DNA of 62,599 nucleotides, filler included, from Nitrospinota bacterium (GTDB taxonomy: Bacteria > JADFOP01), in NCBI GenBank assembly GCA_022562795.1. It is 3 parts of 3 records of this genome, joined end to end, with 100 filler letters (N's around TTAATTAATTAA, not from the genome) between each part and the next. Parts side by side here need not be neighbours in the genome. Positions count along the whole stretch, not along the records: positions 49,513 to 62,599 come from JADFOP010000005.1; 2 more parts are not named here. One strand, given 5' to 3'. The translations under genes were made by a program, and so were the position numbers. Below the pieces are notes generated by a model. The model did not search any database, was not told the origin of the DNA, and saw only the letters and a program-made list of their open reading frames with translations. Shown here piece after piece: positions 58,636-62,599 of the stretch. Position 1 is the stretch's first letter, and the number at the start of each line of letters is the position of its first letter.

Positions 58636-60858
58636 ATGGCCCAATACGATTTTAACCTGCGCGATTACTGGCGGATTCTACGAAAGCGAAAAGTCGTCGT
58701 TATAGTAACGACGATTTTAATGGGGACCCTGACGTTCCTTTTTGCGAAGTTTCAAAAGATTGAGCCGATCTACACGGCCGTCGCCTCGGTCAAGATCGAT
58801 TGGAACCGCCCCGTTCTGGGGGGCGAGAGGCCCGCTGCTTTCGAAATTGCCGACTATGTGGAGACCCAGTCTGAGCTCATCAGCAGCTTTCCGGTCATGG
58901 TGCTGACGGCCAAGCAGCTCGGCCTCTTGGACCCGAAACTCACAGAGGATGAGATCCGCAACGACCCCGAGCTCCTCCAGGTCGCCCTGAATCTTAAGGA
59001 GCAGATTGAGACGGAAAAGGAGACCGTCACCAACATAGTCAACATCACCGCCACGGCTGCGGACCCCGTGTTCGCCGAACAAATAGCCAACACGACGGCC
59101 CAGCTCTTCCGTCAGTGGGACTTCGGGCAGAAGCACGCTCGGGTGGATGATACCCGCATTTTCATCGAGAAACAGCGCCAAAAGGTAAAGGCCGACCTGG
59201 AATCTGGGGAGGATGCTCTCAAGCTTCTCAAAGAAGAGACGGGTTCCGTCTCTGTAGATACCCAGGCCACGGAAGATTTTCACGCTCTTACGAAGGCCGA
59301 AAGCGACCTCGCCGAGACCGAGAGAAAGCTCAAGGAGGTCAACATAATTCTCACGCACCTTCGAGAGAAGAAACAACTACCGACTCGAAATGCCGCAGGC
59401 CGGCCGGGGGCGAGCCCCAGCATTGTCGTACAAAAGATGAAGGATAGGCTCCAAAAGCACCTCATTGAGCGCGACACGCTGCTCTTAGAATTCACCGACA
59501 ACCATCCGGACATCAAGACACTTAACATCAAGATTGAAGAGACCATCCAGGACATATTGGAGCAGTTGGAGGCTGAACAGAGCACACTCTTGCGAAAAAA
59601 ACAGCTTCTTTGGACAAAACTTGCCGATTTGCAGGAGCGAATCGCTTCGTACCCTGAGGTCAGCCTCGCCTTGGCCCGTCTTGAGCGCGACATTAACGTC
59701 AATGCCAGCACACTGGCTCAGCTCGAGGAAAGCTATCAAGACATCCTCATCCGTAGCGCACAGCGGGTCTTCGATGTCACCATCATTCGTCCCGCACTTT
59801 CGCCCCCTATCCCTATCAATCAACCCGCCGTCATCGCAATATCCCTTGCCGGCACTTTACTCGGCCTCCTTTTAGGCTGCATCCTGGCCTTTATCTTCGA
59901 GGCGCTCGATACCTCCATCGGGGCCATTGAAGACGTGGAGACTTTTCTCGAGGTCCCGGTGCTTGGTATTATTCCTCAAATGGATACCGACGATGTAATG
60001 AAGAAACTGCGGGGAAAAAAGAAGGGCCCAGGGGATGAAGACCTTCGCAGTCACGCCATGCTTATAATCCACTTCGACCCACGCTCCAGCTACTCTGAGA
60101 GCTTTCGGGCCCTTCGGACCAACATCCAATATCTACACATCGAGTACGGCTATAAGACATTCATCGTCACGAGCACCAACCCACTGGAGGGCAAGAGCTC
60201 TACCGTTTCGAACCTAGCCATCACCTTCGCCCAGATGGGCAAGCGGACCCTCCTGGTGGATGGGGACCTGCGCAAGCCGGAACTCCACCGATCCTTTGGC
60301 CTCGACCGTCGTGGGGGCCTAACAGACATCATACTTGGCGACCAACCCTGGCAGGACACTGTAAAATCCATCACTGACCTGATCATGGGAACCTTCGATC
60401 TGGATGACATACTCCAGTCGCCGGGAATGGATAATCTCGACATCATCACCTGCGGCGACATCCCCCCCAACCCGTCGGAGATTCACTTCTCTGAAAACAT
60501 GAACGCGTTTTTGGAGGAAGTACGGGAAGCCTACGACTACGTGATTATTGACACCCCACCTGTAGTCCCCGTTAGTGATGCTGCCATCTTGGGGTCCAAG
60601 TGTGACGGCGTCATCTTAGTGTACGAAGTCGGCAGGGTCGCTAGGAGCGCCTTGAAACGTGCCAAGTTCCTAATCGAGAACGTCAAAGGAAAGGTCGTAG
60701 GCGTGGTGCTGAACAAGCTAAAGGCCGAGGCGAGCCCTGACTTCTACGAGCTTGAGTACTATCGGTATCACGGCAAGAAATACGCTTACGGCTACGGGGT
60801 TGAGGAGGAAGAACAAGCGCGTCGAGGCTTCTTCAGGCATCTCCTCCGTCGTAAGTGA
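58636..60858 (+). CDS. wzc: Polysaccharide co-polymerase / tyrosine autokinase
   Basis: Two TM segments around coiled coils, TS..PLEGKS, DGDLRKP, DTPP, C-terminal Tyr cluster. Confidence 0.92.
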   Translation: MAQYDFNLRDYWRILRKRKVVVIVTTILMGTLTFLFAKFQKIEPIYTAVASVKIDWNRPVLGGERPAAFEIADYVETQSELISSFPVMVLTAKQLGLLDPKLTEDEIRNDPELLQVALNLKEQIETEKETVTNIVNITATAADPVFAEQIANTTAQLFRQWDFGQKHARVDDTRIFIEKQRQKVKADLESGEDALKLLKEETGSVSVDTQATEDFHALTKAESDLAETERKLKEVNIILTHLREKKQLPTRNAAGRPGASPSIVVQKMKDRLQKHLIERDTLLLEFTDNHPDIKTLNIKIEETIQDILEQLEAEQSTLLRKKQLLWTKLADLQERIASYPEVSLALARLERDINVNASTLAQLEESYQDILIRSAQRVFDVTIIRPALSPPIPINQPAVIAISLAGTLLGLLLGCILAFIFEALDTSIGAIEDVETFLEVPVLGIIPQMDTDDVMKKLRGKKKGPGDEDLRSHAMLIIHFDPRSSYSESFRALRTNIQYLHIEYGYKTFIVTSTNPLEGKSSTVSNLAITFAQMGKRTLLVDGDLRKPELHRSFGLDRRGGLTDIILGDQPWQDTVKSITDLIMGTFDLDDILQSPGMDNLDIITCGDIPPNPSEIHFSENMNAFLEEVREAYDYVIIDTPPVVPVSDAAILGSKCDGVILVYEVGRVARSALKRAKFLIENVKGKVVGVVLNKLKAEASPDFYELEYYRYHGKKYAYGYGVEEEEQARRGFFRHLLRRK

Positions 60859-60889
60859 TTTCCCCACTCTTCTTGTGATTTAATCGAGC

Positions 60890-62308
60890 ATGCGCACTAC
60901 CACGGCCGACATTGCTCTGAAGCTTTTAATTCCAACGGCCCTTCTCATCGTGGTCGCGTTCCTCCTATCAACAGGGCTGCTTCAAATCCCTCAGTATTAC
61001 ATCCTCGCCGGGGTTTCCCTGACGGCAATCCTAGCCATCAGCTTCCTAAGCCCTGAGATTGGCCTCTACATTCTCATCTTGTCAATGCTCCTTTCCCCTG
61101 AAATCCTCGTGGGTGAGGTGGGAGGGCGAGGGACTTTAAGCCGTGGCATCACCCTCCGGCTGGACGATATCCTCATTGCGGTCATCGCCCTCTCGTATTT
61201 CGCTAGGACCACGCTCGATAAGGATCTTGGGCTGTTCCGACGAACTCCACTTAACAAACCTATCATCTTGTATGGCTCTATTATCATATTTTCCACCATA
61301 TGGGGCTTCATGAATGGCCGGGTCGAGGCGAAGTCGGGCTTTTTCTTCACCCTGAAGCTCATTGAATACTTTTTCATCTACTTCATGGCGGTAAATATTA
61401 TCCGGGACCGCAATCAGGTCCGAAATCTTATCATGGTCCTCATCGTCACGTGCATCCTGGTCTCCGTCTACGGTATTGCTCAAATCCCCGCCGGAGGCCG
61501 GGTCACAGCCCCCTTCGAAGGCGCTCACCCCGAGCCCAACACCTTCGGTGGATATCTCGTCTTCATGCTCTCGCTCATTCTCAGCATCAGCCTCACCCAC
61601 GACGACCGGTGGGTGCGGCGCGGGATGCTCGTATTTACGATCATCACAATTCCGATTCTATTTTCCCTGTCTCGATCCTCAATGGTAGCGCTTGCCGCCA
61701 TGTACCTCGCCTTGCTCGCGTTTAGCCCTCGGCGAACCGGCCTGATTCTTGGATTGATCGTCCTTGTTTTGTTAGGGCCAACTGTCATTCCCGAAAAGGT
61801 CCAGGAGCGTGTCACTTATACCTGGGACCAGCCTTACTCACGCCACCCCCTGCAAGTCGAGATGTTCGGAATTCTGCTGGATACGTCCACCTCGCAACGG
61901 GTGACCTCCTACGTGAGGGCTGGCAGAGACTGGCTCAAACACCCCGTCTTCGGCACCGGGGTTACCGGATACCGGTTCTTGGACGCACAATTTCCTCGAG
62001 TGTTGGTGGAAACGGGCATGATTGGTTTCGGCGCATTCTTATGGCTTCTGGTGTCCATTTTCCGGGTGGGATACAGAACCTTTAGGGAGGCAAAATCACC
62101 CCTATTTCGGGGCATCGGCTTGGGTCTCACTGTCGGAATCTTTACACTAGCCGCACATGGCCTGGGTACCAACACCTTCATCATCATCCGCATCATGGAG
62201 CCCTTTTGGCTGACGACAGGAATCGTTGTCCGGCTTTTAGAGATCGAGGCTGAGGAGGAGGAACGGGCTGCCCTAATGCCCTCCCCTTCCGTGCCCGACC
62301 TTGCTTAA
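60890..62308 (+). CDS. O-antigen ligase / Wzy-like polymerase
   Basis: Multiple TM helices, R...PF...EPN, SLSRS, HPVFGTG. Confidence 0.8.
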   Translation: MRTTTADIALKLLIPTALLIVVAFLLSTGLLQIPQYYILAGVSLTAILAISFLSPEIGLYILILSMLLSPEILVGEVGGRGTLSRGITLRLDDILIAVIALSYFARTTLDKDLGLFRRTPLNKPIILYGSIIIFSTIWGFMNGRVEAKSGFFFTLKLIEYFFIYFMAVNIIRDRNQVRNLIMVLIVTCILVSVYGIAQIPAGGRVTAPFEGAHPEPNTFGGYLVFMLSLILSISLTHDDRWVRRGMLVFTIITIPILFSLSRSSMVALAAMYLALLAFSPRRTGLILGLIVLVLLGPTVIPEKVQERVTYTWDQPYSRHPLQVEMFGILLDTSTSQRVTSYVRAGRDWLKHPVFGTGVTGYRFLDAQFPRVLVETGMIGFGAFLWLLVSIFRVGYRTFREAKSPLFRGIGLGLTVGIFTLAAHGLGTNTFIIIRIMEPFWLTTGIVVRLLEIEAEEEERAALMPSPSVPDLA

Positions 62309-62378
62309 TGAGTGGCCCCGTCTCGTCCTGCCAAATGCAGCTTGTGAGGCCCCGACTATAACACGCGCCTTAGAAAAG

Positions 62379-62407
62379 TGTAGTGGTTAAGAACTCCCCG
62401 GACAGTA
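62379..62407 (+). repeat. 29-bp dispersed repeat, IS terminal-IR-like, copy 2
   Basis: TGTAGTGGTTAAGAACTCCCCGGACAGTA. Confidence 0.7.
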
Positions 62408-62408
62408 G

Positions 62409-62599
62409 ATGCTACGGACTGTGATACGCATCCTGGAAAGGGCTATTCTGGCCCTTCTTAGAAGAACCCTAGGCAGGTCTAAATCACCTCCCGCCCGTGT
62501 AAAAAGGATCCTGGTCATTGTGGTGGCGGGAATCGGTGACTACCTTCTGGCCACACCTGCCCTCCGCGCCCTTCGCAAATGCTACCCCGATGCTCGCAT
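62409..62599 (+). CDS. GT9 (heptosyltransferase-like) glycosyltransferase; 3' partial
   Basis: KRILVIVVAGIGDYLLATPALRALRKCYPDA. Confidence 0.8.
   Translation, partial: MLRTVIRILERAILALLRRTLGRSKSPPARVKRILVIVVAGIGDYLLATPALRALRKCYPDAR

Overview
High-GC bacterial sequence made of three scaffolded pieces (1-25187, 25288-49412, 49513-62599). They are joined by 100-bp N/TTAATTAATTAA/N linkers, so adjacency across the gaps is not biological evidence. Gene content would fit a Nitrospinota/deltaproteobacteria-like metagenome bin, but taxonomy cannot be fixed from the sequence. Core genes: scpA-scpB-rluB, pgsA, an FAD/Fe-S oxidoreductase, fur with its own Fur box, pdhABC-lipA, a 2-oxoacid:ferredoxin oxidoreductase plus ferredoxin, trpEGDCFBA-truA-uvrA, valS-birA-coaX, citrate synthase and the start of a Wza/Wzc polysaccharide locus. 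Highlights the ORF track does not explain: (1) a 72-aa glutaredoxin-like gene with two in-frame TGA codons, each followed by a SECIS-like hairpin (UXX-star-type selenoprotein, 23635-23853); (2) a promoter-fronted, multi-stem candidate ncRNA at about 10405-10508; (3) an AT-rich GT-GT-GH130 cassette between exact 83-bp direct repeats that duplicate a lipoprotein signal peptide; (4) an OmpA-domain/Wza fusion downstream of an HD-GYP protein with HD changed to HG; (5) GTAG-type REP palindromes flanking a nucleotidyltransferase module; (6) two orphan 29-bp IS-end-like repeats. All assignments come from reading motifs by eye; no searches were run.
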